64,000 bases of DNA from Vicinamibacterales bacterium (lineage in GTDB: Bacteria; Acidobacteriota; Vicinamibacteria; Vicinamibacterales; UBA8438). The position numbers and the translations under genes were made by a program. Below, piece after piece: positions 55,136 through 64,000 of this stretch; position 1 is the first letter of the stretch, and each line of letters starts with the position of its first letter. The stretch is taken from positions 431,386 to 495,385 of the forward strand of contig CBDCCY010000002.1 of assembly GCA_965215155.1 (NCBI GenBank), written 5' to 3'. The notes below the pieces were generated by a model, which did not search any database, was not told where the DNA came from, and saw only the letters and a program-made list of their open reading frames with translations.

Positions 55136-56482
55136 CTAGAGCGTGAGCGGCTCGATCACCTCACCGGCGCGCCCGGTGCTGTCGGCGAAGTCGTCGAGGT
55201 GCACGCCGACGTCGTCGAGCAGCGTCAGGTGCAGGTTCGCGAACGGGGTCAGCTCGTCGTACTGGATGTGCCGGCCGCCGGCGATCCGCGACCCCGCACC
55301 GCTCGCCACGACGACCGGCAGGTTGCGGTGATCGTGCACGTTCGGGTTGCCGAGGCCGCTGCCCAGCAGGTACGTCGTGTGATCCAGCAGCGTGCCGTCG
55401 CCGTCCTCCGTCGCCTTCAGCCTGTCGACCAGGTAGGCGAACAGCGAGACGTGGTACTGGTTGATCTTCGCCAGCTTGGCCAGCTTCTCCGGGTCGTTGA
55501 CGTGGTGCGACGTCGGGTGGTGCGGCTCGGGCACCCCGATTTGCGGATAGGTCCGCGTGCTCGCCTCGCGGGCCATCTGGAACGTGACGACGCGCGTCAG
55601 GTCGGCCCGGAGGGCCAGCACCTGCAGGTCGTACATCAACCGGACGTGCTCCTCCCAGACCTCCGGCACGCTGGTCGGTCGCGTCAGATCGCTGAGCGGG
55701 GAATCGGCCGCCGACTGCTCGGCGCGCTGGATGCGCCGCTCCACCTCGCGCACGGTGTCGAGGTACTCGCTCACCTTGTGGCGGTCGCCGGTGCCGAGCT
55801 GCGCCTGCAGGCTCGCCATGTCGTCGAGCACCCAGTCGAGGATGCTGCGGTTCGTCCGGAGCTCGGCCTGCCGCTGGGCGGGCGTGCCGCCCTCGCCGAA
55901 CAGGCGCTCGAAGACGATGCGCGGATCCGCCTCGGTCGGGTTCGGCGCCGTCGGTGAGGACCACGACAGGCTGTTCATGTAGACGCAGGCGAACCCGTTG
56001 TCGCAGTTGCCCACCTGCGCGATGAGGTCCGTCCCGATCTCGAGCGACGGCAGCGGCGTGTCGCCGCCGATCTGCTGCGCCGCGATCTGGTCGACGGACG
56101 TCCCGTTGACGTAGTCGCTGCCTTCGGTGCGCTTGGGGCGCACGCAGGTCAGGAACGCGGAGTTGGCCGACGCGTGGTTCCCGGAGATGTGCGCGTCGTT
56201 GATCTCCAGGTTCGTGACGACGGTGACGTTGTCGAGGTGCGGCGTCAGCGGCGACAACGACTGCGAGAGCCCGCTCAGCCGTCCCACCTCGGCCGGCGTC
56301 CACGGCTCCGGGTTCATCCCCATCGGGATGTACACGTAGCCCAGCCGCCGGGGCGCCGCCGCCGCAGTCTTGCCCATCGCGGACGCGGCGGGCACCATCG
56401 CGTCGAGCAACGGCAGCGCCAGGGCGGCTCCCACGCCGCGCAGGAACGTCCGCCGGGGCAGCGCCGTCTTCGTGATGATCAT
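55136..56482 (-). CDS. DUF1552 domain protein (copy 2), Tat signal
   Basis: MIITKTALPRRTFLRGVGAALALPLLDAM... Only the last 448 codons of track ORF 55136..58858 are real. The ATG overlaps the upstream stop (ATGA). Confidence 0.9.
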   Translation of the reverse strand: MIITKTALPRRTFLRGVGAALALPLLDAMVPAASAMGKTAAAAPRRLGYVYIPMGMNPEPWTPAEVGRLSGLSQSLSPLTPHLDNVTVVTNLEINDAHISGNHASANSAFLTCVRPKRTEGSDYVNGTSVDQIAAQQIGGDTPLPSLEIGTDLIAQVGNCDNGFACVYMNSLSWSSPTAPNPTEADPRIVFERLFGEGGTPAQRQAELRTNRSILDWVLDDMASLQAQLGTGDRHKVSEYLDTVREVERRIQRAEQSAADSPLSDLTRPTSVPEVWEEHVRLMYDLQVLALRADLTRVVTFQMAREASTRTYPQIGVPEPHHPTSHHVNDPEKLAKLAKINQYHVSLFAYLVDRLKATEDGDGTLLDHTTYLLGSGLGNPNVHDHRNLPVVVASGAGSRIAGGRHIQYDELTPFANLHLTLLDDVGVHLDDFADSTGRAGEVIEPLTL

Positions 56483-58893
56483 GACTGGGATCTCCTCATC
56501 TGGAACGGAGTGCTGTTCGCAATGCCAAGGATGAGCGACGAGAGCCGGTAGTCGTCGGCCGCGGCCGATCGGACGATCGAGCGAACCGCGGGGGCGTCGG
56601 CGTGGTCGAGTCCGCGTCCGAGGGCGAAGGTTAGGAGCTTCTCGGCCACGACGCCGGCGAAGACGTCGGGCCGCTCGAGGATCGCGGCCCGCAGGCCCGC
56701 GACCCCGTCGAACTCCTCGCCGCCCGGCAGGTTGCCTGCGGCGTCGATCCGCGCGGCCCCCTCCGTCTCCCTCCAGCGGCCGATGGCATCGAAGTTCTCC
56801 ATCGAGAGGCCCGCCGGATCCATGATGCGGTGGCAGACCGCGCACTGCGGGTTCTGCCGGTGCGCCTCCATCCGCTCGCGCATCGAGACGGTGCGCACGT
56901 TCGATCGCGTCTCCTCGAGCGGCGGAACGTTCGCCGGCGGCGGGGGCGGCGGCGTGCCGAGCAGATTCTCCAGGATCCACTTCCCGCGCAGCACCGGAGA
57001 GGTGCGCGTGGCGTAGGAGGTCACGGTCAGGATGCTGCCGTGGCCCAGGAGGCCCGCCCGCGGGCTGCCGGCCGGCAGCGCGACGCGCCGGAAGTGGTCG
57101 CCGTAGATGCCCGGCAGCTCGTAGTGCGTCGCGACCCGCTCGTTCACGAACGTGTAGTCCGCGGTCAGCAGGTCGACGACGCTGCGGTCTTCGTCGAGGA
57201 CGCTCCGGAAGAGCAGTTCCGTCTCGCGCCGGAAGCCCTGCCGGAGGTTGTCGTCGAAGTCCGGGAAGAGCCGGGCGTCCGGCCGCACCGCGTCGAGGTT
57301 CCGCAGGTGCAGCCACTGCGACGCGAAGTTCGTCGTCAGCGCCTCGGCGCGCGGATCCGCCAGCATCCGCCGCACTTCCGCCTCGAGCACCGCGGGGTCG
57401 CTCAGGCGCCGGGCCGCGGCGGCGTCGATGAGCGCGTCGTCGGGCAGGCTGCTCCAGAGGAAGAACGACAGGCGCGAGGCGAGCTCGAGGTCGCTGACGC
57501 GGTACGGCGTGCCGGGCGCGAGGCCGGCCGGGTCGCGCTCGATGCGGAAGAGGAACTCCGGGCTCGCGAGGAGCGCCCGCAGGGCGGTCTCCACACCCGT
57601 CTCGAAGCCGCCGTCGGCGTACCCCCGCTGGTAGAAGGAGACGAGCCGCTCGAAGTCGTCGACCGTGACCGGACGCCGATAGGCGCGCCGGGCGAGCGAC
57701 GCGATGATCTCCGTGGCGCACTCCTCCGCCTTTTCGGCGCCGGCGCCGGCCGGCGGGCGGCAGGAGAAGACGCGCTCCCGGCTCGGTGTCTCCCCTACCC
57801 CGGTCGGGTCGAAGGGACCGACGATGGAGACCGTCCGGACGGCCGGCTGCTGGCGCGGGTGCCGATCCATGTTGAAGTGCGCGTCGTACGGCTGCCGGGT
57901 CGTCTCGAGCAGGGCCGAGTTCTTCTTGATGAAAGATGCTCCGACGGCGTGCGGGCCGGCCGTCACGGTAACGCGCACGTTCAGGTGGTTGTCGATTCCC
58001 TCGTCCGCGTAGTAGGCGGCGTTGGCCTGGAGGACGAAGTTCTCGCTCGGCTCCATCGTGAACAGACCGAGCCGCCGCCCGTCGAGCGTGATCTCGACGT
58101 CGTGGGGCTCGGTCAGCCCCTCGACGTTCTCGTTGCGGTTGCGCTGCAGCCGCACCTGGATCTCGTACTCGCCGTCGGCCGGGAACAGGTGCTCGACCAC
58201 CGTCCCGCCGCGCGTGCCGAAGGGAAGCCCGGCGACGTGGTCCTCCTGCGTCCGGTCGGCGGGAATGACCACCACGCGGCTCCCGGGCGCCGGCAGGCGG
58301 CTGCCGACGGCGAGGCGGCTCACCCGTTGCGCCGCCGCGAGGTAGCGCTCCATCAGCGTCGGCGAGAGCCCGCCGGCGTTGACGTTGTCGAAGCCGAAGG
58401 CGGAGTCGTCGCGCGGCAGGAGCGCCGCCACGTCGACCTCGAGCGCCAGCAGGTCGCGGACGGCGTTGCGGTACTCGGTGCGGTTCAGGCGGCGAAAGGT
58501 GTCGGTGCGGCCGGGATTCGGATCGGCCGCGGCCGCGGCGTCGAGCTCCGCCTCCAGGTAGGAGACCATGCGGCCGTAGGCAGCGCCGTCGGGCCGCGGG
58601 CGCGGCCGCGGGGGCATCGAGCCCGTGCGGAGCTTCCGGACGACCTTCTCCCACAACTCGGGGTGCGCCGCCACATCGGCGACGTCGGCCTCCTCGAGCG
58701 ACAGGCCGCCGGTCTCGAGGCGGTCGTTGTGGCACGTGATGCAGTAGCGGTCGAGCAGGGCCTGCTCGACCGCCGCTGCCTCCTGAGCCGCCGCCCTGGG
58801 CTTGGCCGCCTTCGGCCCCGCCGCGGCGACCGATACCGAGCCCGCCAGCAGCAGGCACGCAGACGCCGCCGACACCCAGCGCATCGTGGCCAT
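56479..58893 (-). CDS. DUF1592-family multidomain CxxCH protein (copy 2)
   Basis: ATG 58893 is preceded by GGAGG. LLDRYCITCHNDRLE (CxxCH). Collinear with 28100..30682. Confidence 0.85.
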   Translation of the reverse strand: MATMRWVSAASACLLLAGSVSVAAAGPKAAKPRAAAQEAAAVEQALLDRYCITCHNDRLETGGLSLEEADVADVAAHPELWEKVVRKLRTGSMPPRPRPRPDGAAYGRMVSYLEAELDAAAAADPNPGRTDTFRRLNRTEYRNAVRDLLALEVDVAALLPRDDSAFGFDNVNAGGLSPTLMERYLAAAQRVSRLAVGSRLPAPGSRVVVIPADRTQEDHVAGLPFGTRGGTVVEHLFPADGEYEIQVRLQRNRNENVEGLTEPHDVEITLDGRRLGLFTMEPSENFVLQANAAYYADEGIDNHLNVRVTVTAGPHAVGASFIKKNSALLETTRQPYDAHFNMDRHPRQQPAVRTVSIVGPFDPTGVGETPSRERVFSCRPPAGAGAEKAEECATEIIASLARRAYRRPVTVDDFERLVSFYQRGYADGGFETGVETALRALLASPEFLFRIERDPAGLAPGTPYRVSDLELASRLSFFLWSSLPDDALIDAAAARRLSDPAVLEAEVRRMLADPRAEALTTNFASQWLHLRNLDAVRPDARLFPDFDDNLRQGFRRETELLFRSVLDEDRSVVDLLTADYTFVNERVATHYELPGIYGDHFRRVALPAGSPRAGLLGHGSILTVTSYATRTSPVLRGKWILENLLGTPPPPPPANVPPLEETRSNVRTVSMRERMEAHRQNPQCAVCHRIMDPAGLSMENFDAIGRWRETEGAARIDAAGNLPGGEEFDGVAGLRAAILERPDVFAGVVAEKLLTFALGRGLDHADAPAVRSIVRSAAADDYRLSSLILGIANSTPFQMRRSQS

Positions 58894-59022
58894 CTCAACC
58901 TCCAGACGACGGCAAGGCCCGCACAATTCTAAACGCTCGGCGCAGGTTGCGCCACCGGTCTCGGTCCGCCGCTGGCGGTGCCCCGGCGACACCGCCCGGA
59001 CTCGGCATCCGCGCCCCTGCCG

Positions 59023-59185
59023 GCGGAGCGGGCGCGGGCCCGCAATCCGCGCTCGTCAGCGCTCGACGGCACCGAAGCGGGCCGGGAGATCCGGCCCGTC
59101 GCCTGTCAGGATGCGGAGCGGGCGCGGGCCTCCGACCCGCGCTCGTCAGCGTTCGACGGCGCCGAAGTAGGCCGGGAGATCCGCC
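59023..59185. repeat. Two-unit ~90-bp tandem duplication of a gene 3' end plus its downstream hairpin
   Basis: Unit 59113-59185 contains the last 12 codons and stop of the 59146..60456 gene plus a GCGCGGG/CCCGCGC hairpin. Unit 59023-59095 is about 89% identical and still reads DLPARFGAVER*. Confidence 0.8.
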
Positions 59186-60456
59186 TTCGTCGCCCGCAGG
59201 ATCCCGACGATCGCCTGACGGTCGGCAAGGGCCAGCCGATCGTACGGCGACTCGGTGACCGCGCCCGACAGCACCTCCCACATCCGGGCGTAGACGGCCT
59301 CCTTCGCCAGCTCCGGCAGGGCGTCGAAGGCCTCGGTGTAGATCATGTAGCTGCACGGGTAGCGGAAGAGGCGCCCGTCGAGGCTGATCTCACGCAGCGA
59401 CCGGCCCCGCTCGTCGTGCGGTCCGCGGGCGGAAAACCACTCCCGGAATCCGGACGCGCCGGCGACGCCCTCCGGCAGCGGCGCCTCGTCGACGAAGAGC
59501 AGGTAGTCGACCAGTTCCACGGCTGCCTCGCGGATGACCTCGGCGAAGCGCGGATCGTCGGTCGAGCGCCCCTCGTCGCGGAAGACCACCCGCCGCGCCT
59601 CCCACCCCATCCGGGTGATGAGGTTCGTCATGTGCGTCTGGTGATCGAGCACCAAGAGCGCCACCACGTCGCTGTAAGGAGACGGGTAGCCGTCGAGGTC
59701 GATGCGTTCCGCGAGCGAGTCGAGCACAGCAGGGACGACGCCGAACGTGGCGTTCGGGTCCGGCACGTCGAGGACCTCGACGTTCCCCATGTGCGCCGTC
59801 TCGCCGTGCGTCCCGGTGACGTACCACCCGCCCCAGCGGTCGACCAGGCGGCTTCGGTGGTCGGTGACGAAGCCGGTCGCGTAGGCATTCGGATCGGCCG
59901 GGAGCGGCGCCATGCTCAGCACCTGCAGCCCCGGCACCCCGAGCGTGTCCCACGACAGGTGGCAGGCCAGGCAGCGGTCGTTGCGCGTGAACCGCGGCTC
60001 TCCGTCCGGCTCCTGCGGGAGCGCGTAGAAGATCACGCCCTGACGCGGATCCTGGGCCGCGACCTCCAGGAGCTCGGCGTCGCGAACCCAGCCGACGGCG
60101 ACCGTGTCGTTGAAGAAGATTGCCCGCGGGTTGTCCGACGTGATGAGGTCGTCCTGGTTGCTCGTGGGCGAGAAGACCGCCACCTGCGACTCGACCGGCA
60201 CGGCCAGCGCGTCCAGCACCGAACGGAGGTAACCGCTCCGGCCCTCGAACGTCAGATCGACCTCGCCGGCCGCCAGCCTCCGGTTGAGCGCCGCGACGGC
60301 GTCGTCGACCTGCCCGTCGGTGTAGCGGATTGCCGGGTGGTCGCGCGACGCGCGGAATGCGCCTCCGCGCTGCCCGGCCACCTCGGTGGCGACGGCCGCC
60401 GCGGCGAGCAGCGCCGCGCCCGCCAGCCACCGGCCCGGTCGTCGTCCTGCACCCAT
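59146..60456 (-). CDS. Secreted hypothetical protein with a single CxxCH motif
   Basis: Signal-like N-terminus from ATG 60456. Contains the motif RCLACHLSW. Coding-like composition, family not recognised. Confidence 0.65.
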   Translation of the reverse strand: MGAGRRPGRWLAGAALLAAAAVATEVAGQRGGAFRASRDHPAIRYTDGQVDDAVAALNRRLAAGEVDLTFEGRSGYLRSVLDALAVPVESQVAVFSPTSNQDDLITSDNPRAIFFNDTVAVGWVRDAELLEVAAQDPRQGVIFYALPQEPDGEPRFTRNDRCLACHLSWDTLGVPGLQVLSMAPLPADPNAYATGFVTDHRSRLVDRWGGWYVTGTHGETAHMGNVEVLDVPDPNATFGVVPAVLDSLAERIDLDGYPSPYSDVVALLVLDHQTHMTNLITRMGWEARRVVFRDEGRSTDDPRFAEVIREAAVELVDYLLFVDEAPLPEGVAGASGFREWFSARGPHDERGRSLREISLDGRLFRYPCSYMIYTEAFDALPELAKEAVYARMWEVLSGAVTESPYDRLALADRQAIVGILRATKADLPAYFGAVER

Positions 60457-60539
60457 CTGGAACCTCGTCCGGAACCGTCGCCCGCGGCTCCAACGCCGCC
60501 CTGCGCACAGCCGCCCACACCCTCCAGGAGGCCGCCTGG

Positions 60540-62636
60540 CTAAGGCTCGGATTCCCACCGCGCGAACAGCGGGCGGTGCGATTCGGCTACCCCCTTCACG
60601 CCCGCAAGGTGTTCCTCCAGCAGGTAGCCTTCGGCCACCAGCCGTTGCGCTGCGGCCATGTACTGCGCCAGATACTCGTCGAAGCCGTCGTAGCGGCTGG
60701 TCAGGTCGGGTCGCGGGTCACCCGCTGCAGCCCGCTCGGCCTCCGTCGCCGGGAACGGGATGTAGCCGCCGGCGAGACCGAGCAGCTCGTCCTCGGCCCC
60801 GATGGCCGGGTTGCGCAGGTTCCAGCTCGTGTAGGTGGCGACGGGCACGGCGAGCCCCGGCAGCCGGAGCACGCCGACCTCGTTGTTGTCGGCGTCGAAC
60901 GCGGGCACCCGCACCGCGTAGCGCTTCCCGGTGCGCAGCGGCGGCTGGTGGTCGATGCGCCGCTCCGCCTCGAACGCCGGGCCGTAGTCGAGCCGCTCGG
61001 GTTGCTGGATGACCTCCGGGTACCGCACCCCCGGAATCGGCTCCCAACCGGCCGCGTCCGCCCGCCAGTCGGCCAGCGTGCCGTCGGCGATCCGCGGATG
61101 CACGCTCGGCGGCGGAGGCGTGCCGTCGGTCACCCAGCGGTCCAGGGCCAGGAACAGCGCCTCCTGCAGCGGCCGGTAGTCGGTCGGGTTCGGCGGAAGC
61201 TGGCCGCGCTCCGAGGGACCGGTCGCGGGGCTGTGCTGGGCCCCGCCGAACACGTAGACCCGGACATCCTCCGGCAGCGCTGCGTCGCGCGCCCCGGTCG
61301 GGTCCGTCACCACGAGCGACGCGCTCCGGTGCCAGTACTCGGACGACGTGTCGAGGTGCATCACCTTCGGCACGACGCCGGCGGCGCGAGCGCGCCGCAG
61401 GATGCCGTCGGTTCGGCCAGCGAACGGGTCGGTCTCGTCGCCGTAGGTGAACGGAAAGACGTCGACCGGATAGAGGTGCCCGGCGTGCTGGGTCGCGGTG
61501 CGCGTCGGCGATGCGAAGCGGTGGTTGAAGAAGCCCTGCCCGCCGCCCGCGATGACCGGCATCGCACCGTCGAAGACGGGACGTCCCTCCTCGTCGGCGT
61601 TGAAGCCCTCGTAGAGGAACATCCGCAACGCGCGGCCGCTCTGCGAGCGCCCCTCGCCGATGACGCGGAGAGCGACCGGCGAGCCGGTCGCTCTCCGTAG
61701 CGGGTTCTCGTCCGACCGGTCGTAGCGCAGGAACGAGACCAGATCGCGGATGGCGGCGAAGCCGGTCCCCTGCACGATCGATCCGCGCGCCGTGTAGATG
61801 AGCTCGTAGACCCAGCCCGGCTCGAACCCTCCCTCCAGCTCGATGGCGCCGTCGATCAGGCCGCTCCCCTCCTCGCGGGGCCCGGCGACCACGTGGAAGC
61901 TCCAGGCATCGCGCGGGATCGGTTGCGGCGGATCCGCCTCCCGCAACCGCTTCGTGAGCGTCGCCCGCGGCAGCTCGGCCAGCACCGGTTCGTAGGCGAG
62001 CTGATTGCGGTCGGAGATCGTCACCCGCGTCGTCGCGGTTTCGGTGACGATCTCCGCCCGCACGAGCCCCACGATCGGCACGCTGTCGTCGTCGTGGGCG
62101 ACGGGGGCTTCGAGCCGCAGCCGGCGCGGGTCGACGCGGACCTCGGCGATCCAGCCGCCCGACACCGTGACGTAGCCCCGCCGCAGGAAGAACGGCTCGC
62201 CGCCCCACAGGCGCCGCCCGCGGTTGTTGACGTCGTAGAGGACGGTCGGCTGCGCCAGGCGCAGATCGCGCGGCGCGAGCATCTCGACATCGCCGTAGAA
62301 CTCGACGCGCCCCTCCCCGTTGGTCAGGGCGCGATCGAGATCGACGATGGCGGCGTTCGCCTCGAGCTCCGGGTCGAGCGAGTACACGACCCGCCCCCGA
62401 ATCCGCTCGTACGGGCCGACCTTGTCCGCCACTTCCTCGCCGAACGGCTCGCGCGAGGTGATCACGAAACGGATCACCTCGGCGCCGGCAGGCGTCGCCG
62501 CCGGCAGCAGCAACGCCGGAACCATGAGTGCCGGCACCAGCACTGCCGGCGCCAGCACCCCCCGGAGCGTCACCGTTCTCCTCACGTTCTCCGCCTCACT
62601 CTCTCCGCCGACCTCGCCGCCACCTCTCCGCCACAC
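60540..62636 (-). CDS. Large secreted protein, possibly an alpha/beta-hydrolase-domain family
   Basis: Signal-like N-terminus (alternative GTG start at 62585). GEGRSQSGRALRMFLYEGFN is nucleophile-elbow-like. The functional call is tentative. Confidence 0.6.
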   Translation of the reverse strand: MWRRGGGEVGGESEAENVRRTVTLRGVLAPAVLVPALMVPALLLPAATPAGAEVIRFVITSREPFGEEVADKVGPYERIRGRVVYSLDPELEANAAIVDLDRALTNGEGRVEFYGDVEMLAPRDLRLAQPTVLYDVNNRGRRLWGGEPFFLRRGYVTVSGGWIAEVRVDPRRLRLEAPVAHDDDSVPIVGLVRAEIVTETATTRVTISDRNQLAYEPVLAELPRATLTKRLREADPPQPIPRDAWSFHVVAGPREEGSGLIDGAIELEGGFEPGWVYELIYTARGSIVQGTGFAAIRDLVSFLRYDRSDENPLRRATGSPVALRVIGEGRSQSGRALRMFLYEGFNADEEGRPVFDGAMPVIAGGGQGFFNHRFASPTRTATQHAGHLYPVDVFPFTYGDETDPFAGRTDGILRRARAAGVVPKVMHLDTSSEYWHRSASLVVTDPTGARDAALPEDVRVYVFGGAQHSPATGPSERGQLPPNPTDYRPLQEALFLALDRWVTDGTPPPPSVHPRIADGTLADWRADAAGWEPIPGVRYPEVIQQPERLDYGPAFEAERRIDHQPPLRTGKRYAVRVPAFDADNNEVGVLRLPGLAVPVATYTSWNLRNPAIGAEDELLGLAGGYIPFPATEAERAAAGDPRPDLTSRYDGFDEYLAQYMAAAQRLVAEGYLLEEHLAGVKGVAESHRPLFARWESEP

Positions 62637-62654
62637 GCGGCCCGCGCCCGCTGC

Positions 62655-64000
62655 CTACTTCGCCAGCGGATCGGGGCGCAACTGGAAGTGGACCACCTTG
62701 CTCGGAGTCCCCTTGCCGGTCTCCGTGTGGAACGGCGCCCGCGTCCCGTAGGTCGCCCAGAGCCCGCGGCCCTTCCAGCCGGCGTCGGGATCGTCGATGC
62801 GGCCGTCCATCCACTTCGTGTAGAAGCCGAGCGGGTACGGCACCCGCAGAATCACCCACTCGCCGTCCTTGAGCGCGAGCAGGCCTTCCGAGGCGTTGCC
62901 GGTGTTGATCGGGACGTTCTCGCCCAGGCCGAGCGTGTTGAACTGGTCCACCCAGGTGTAGTAACTCCCCTCGGCGCTGCCGGAGTCGTCCACGCCCTTG
63001 AGCTTCGGCAACGGCTCCTCGTAGAGCGTCCAGCCCTCGGGACAGTGCTGCCCCGTCGCCTCCGGACCGTTCAGCGGGCCGGTGCACTTGCTGCGGTCGA
63101 AGCTCGCCATGTGGCCGCTCGCCAGGGGCGTCCAGACGACGCCGTTGCGGTCGATGTCCATGCCGCGCGGCGAGAAGCCCTGGACCTCTGCGGCGGGATT
63201 GTCCCACGGCACCTCGAACACTTCCAGCAATGCCGTGTTGGCCGGATCGTCACCCGGATCGAGGCGCAGGACGGACCCCGGGAAGCCGAGCGACGAGCCC
63301 CAGATCGTCCCGTCGACCGGGTTGTAGGCGACGCCGTAGAAGCCGGTCGTCACGCGGTGGTCCTTCGTCGGGTCGATCTCCTCGTTCGGCTCGGTGTGTT
63401 CGTCGCGACGCCCGTTCCCGTTGGTGTCGAGCACCAGCGCCGTCCAGCCCTGCGAGGCCTCCTCGTCGCCGGTCTCGAGGAACATCTTCGTGTCGAGCCA
63501 GCCGATGACCGGCCCGCCGCCGCTTGTCCAGAGCGTGTCGTTCTCGTCCTCGGCGAAGATCAGGTGGTGCGTGCCGTAGCAGGTGCCGATGAGAGTCATC
63601 TCTTCGGTCGCGGGATCCCACACGGCGAGGTGGCGGCCCGCGCGGGCGTTGGGGAAGGCGCGCGCCGACGGGTGGTCCGATCCCTCCAGGCACATTGCCG
63701 GGTTGTCGGGGCCGCGCACCCGCGACGTGAGCCAGACGCGCCCCTCTGCATCGAGCATCGGGTTGTGGACGTTGGACTGACTGTTCCAGATCGCCTCATC
63801 CCCCCAGTAGGGCGACGAAGCCAGCGGCGGGCCCGCGGCTACCGGCGTGTCGGGGTCGCGCACCGGCACCGGCACCTCGCTGGCGGCGTTGGCTACCGGG
63901 TCGAGCACCGGGACGTAGTCCGCGCTCGCCTCCAGCGCGCCATAGATCGGGCCGTAGGCATTGACCGTCGGGTCGCGCTTGTCGGTCGCGATCTCGTCGT
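62655..64000 (-). CDS. Paralog of the 42826..45003 protein (partial; N-terminus beyond the right edge)
   Basis: The frame stays open to position 64000. DEIATDKRDPTVNAYGPIYGA here matches DEVTTDKRQPTVNANGLVYGV in the paralog. SPYWGDEAIW, HNPMLDAEGRVWLTS, GHMASFDRSKC and the C-terminal VHFQLRPDPLAK are all shared. Confidence 0.85.
   Translation of the reverse strand, partial: DEIATDKRDPTVNAYGPIYGALEASADYVPVLDPVANAASEVPVPVRDPDTPVAAGPPLASSPYWGDEAIWNSQSNVHNPMLDAEGRVWLTSRVRGPDNPAMCLEGSDHPSARAFPNARAGRHLAVWDPATEEMTLIGTCYGTHHLIFAEDENDTLWTSGGGPVIGWLDTKMFLETGDEEASQGWTALVLDTNGNGRRDEHTEPNEEIDPTKDHRVTTGFYGVAYNPVDGTIWGSSLGFPGSVLRLDPGDDPANTALLEVFEVPWDNPAAEVQGFSPRGMDIDRNGVVWTPLASGHMASFDRSKCTGPLNGPEATGQHCPEGWTLYEEPLPKLKGVDDSGSAEGSYYTWVDQFNTLGLGENVPINTGNASEGLLALKDGEWVILRVPYPLGFYTKWMDGRIDDPDAGWKGRGLWATYGTRAPFHTETGKGTPSKVVHFQLRPDPLAK

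Noticed and set aside
55136-58858. A 1240-aa minus-strand ORF, and the 10364..12232, 10879..13443, 12429..14414, 13684..15591 and 14220..16835 long ORFs
   Set aside because: These are over-extended upstream through out-of-frame overlap with neighbouring genes. Only the C-terminal portions carry family motifs. I trimmed the starts to the first ATG/GTG compatible with the domain start, SD or signal peptide.
59023-59185. Possible CRISPR-like or minisatellite array
   Set aside because: There are only two units, there is no spacer structure, and the unit is a duplicated coding 3' end plus hairpin.

Overview
This is a high-GC (roughly 70%) bacterial chromosomal segment, densely coded on both strands. 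No rRNA, tRNA or CRISPR array is supportable. Gene content points to an Acidobacteriota- or Gemmatimonadota-like organism, but that is inference only: two DUF1552/DUF1592 (PSD1-type, CxxCH) pairs, periplasmic ankyrin proteins, NHL and PQQ propellers, Tat/Sec-secreted oxidoreductases, and a sigma-54 activator. Several lower-GC accessory patches sit in this housekeeping background. (1) 1-4.4 kb holds a truncated group II intron, an orphan antidote-type HTH reading in frame into a frameshifted solitary hsdM, and higBA. (2) 15.3-22.5 kb is the most interesting locus. An RtcR-type CARF/sigma-54 activator ends one base before a perfect sigma-54 promoter (TGGCACG-N4-TTGCT). That promoter drives an ABC/OLD-like ATPase with a DUF3696-like tail and a translationally coupled unknown partner. 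The ATPase is split by an IS630 element whose precise excision restores a 695-aa ORF. A decayed second copy of the same two-gene module follows. (3) Further elements are vapBC, mazEF, hepT/mntA, a DUF4143 ATPase, and a ParA-like gene scrambled by two compensating indels. Many long ORFs in the supplied track are antisense shadows of real genes, as expected in GC-rich DNA. Start codons are often uncertain because GTG/TTG starts occur.
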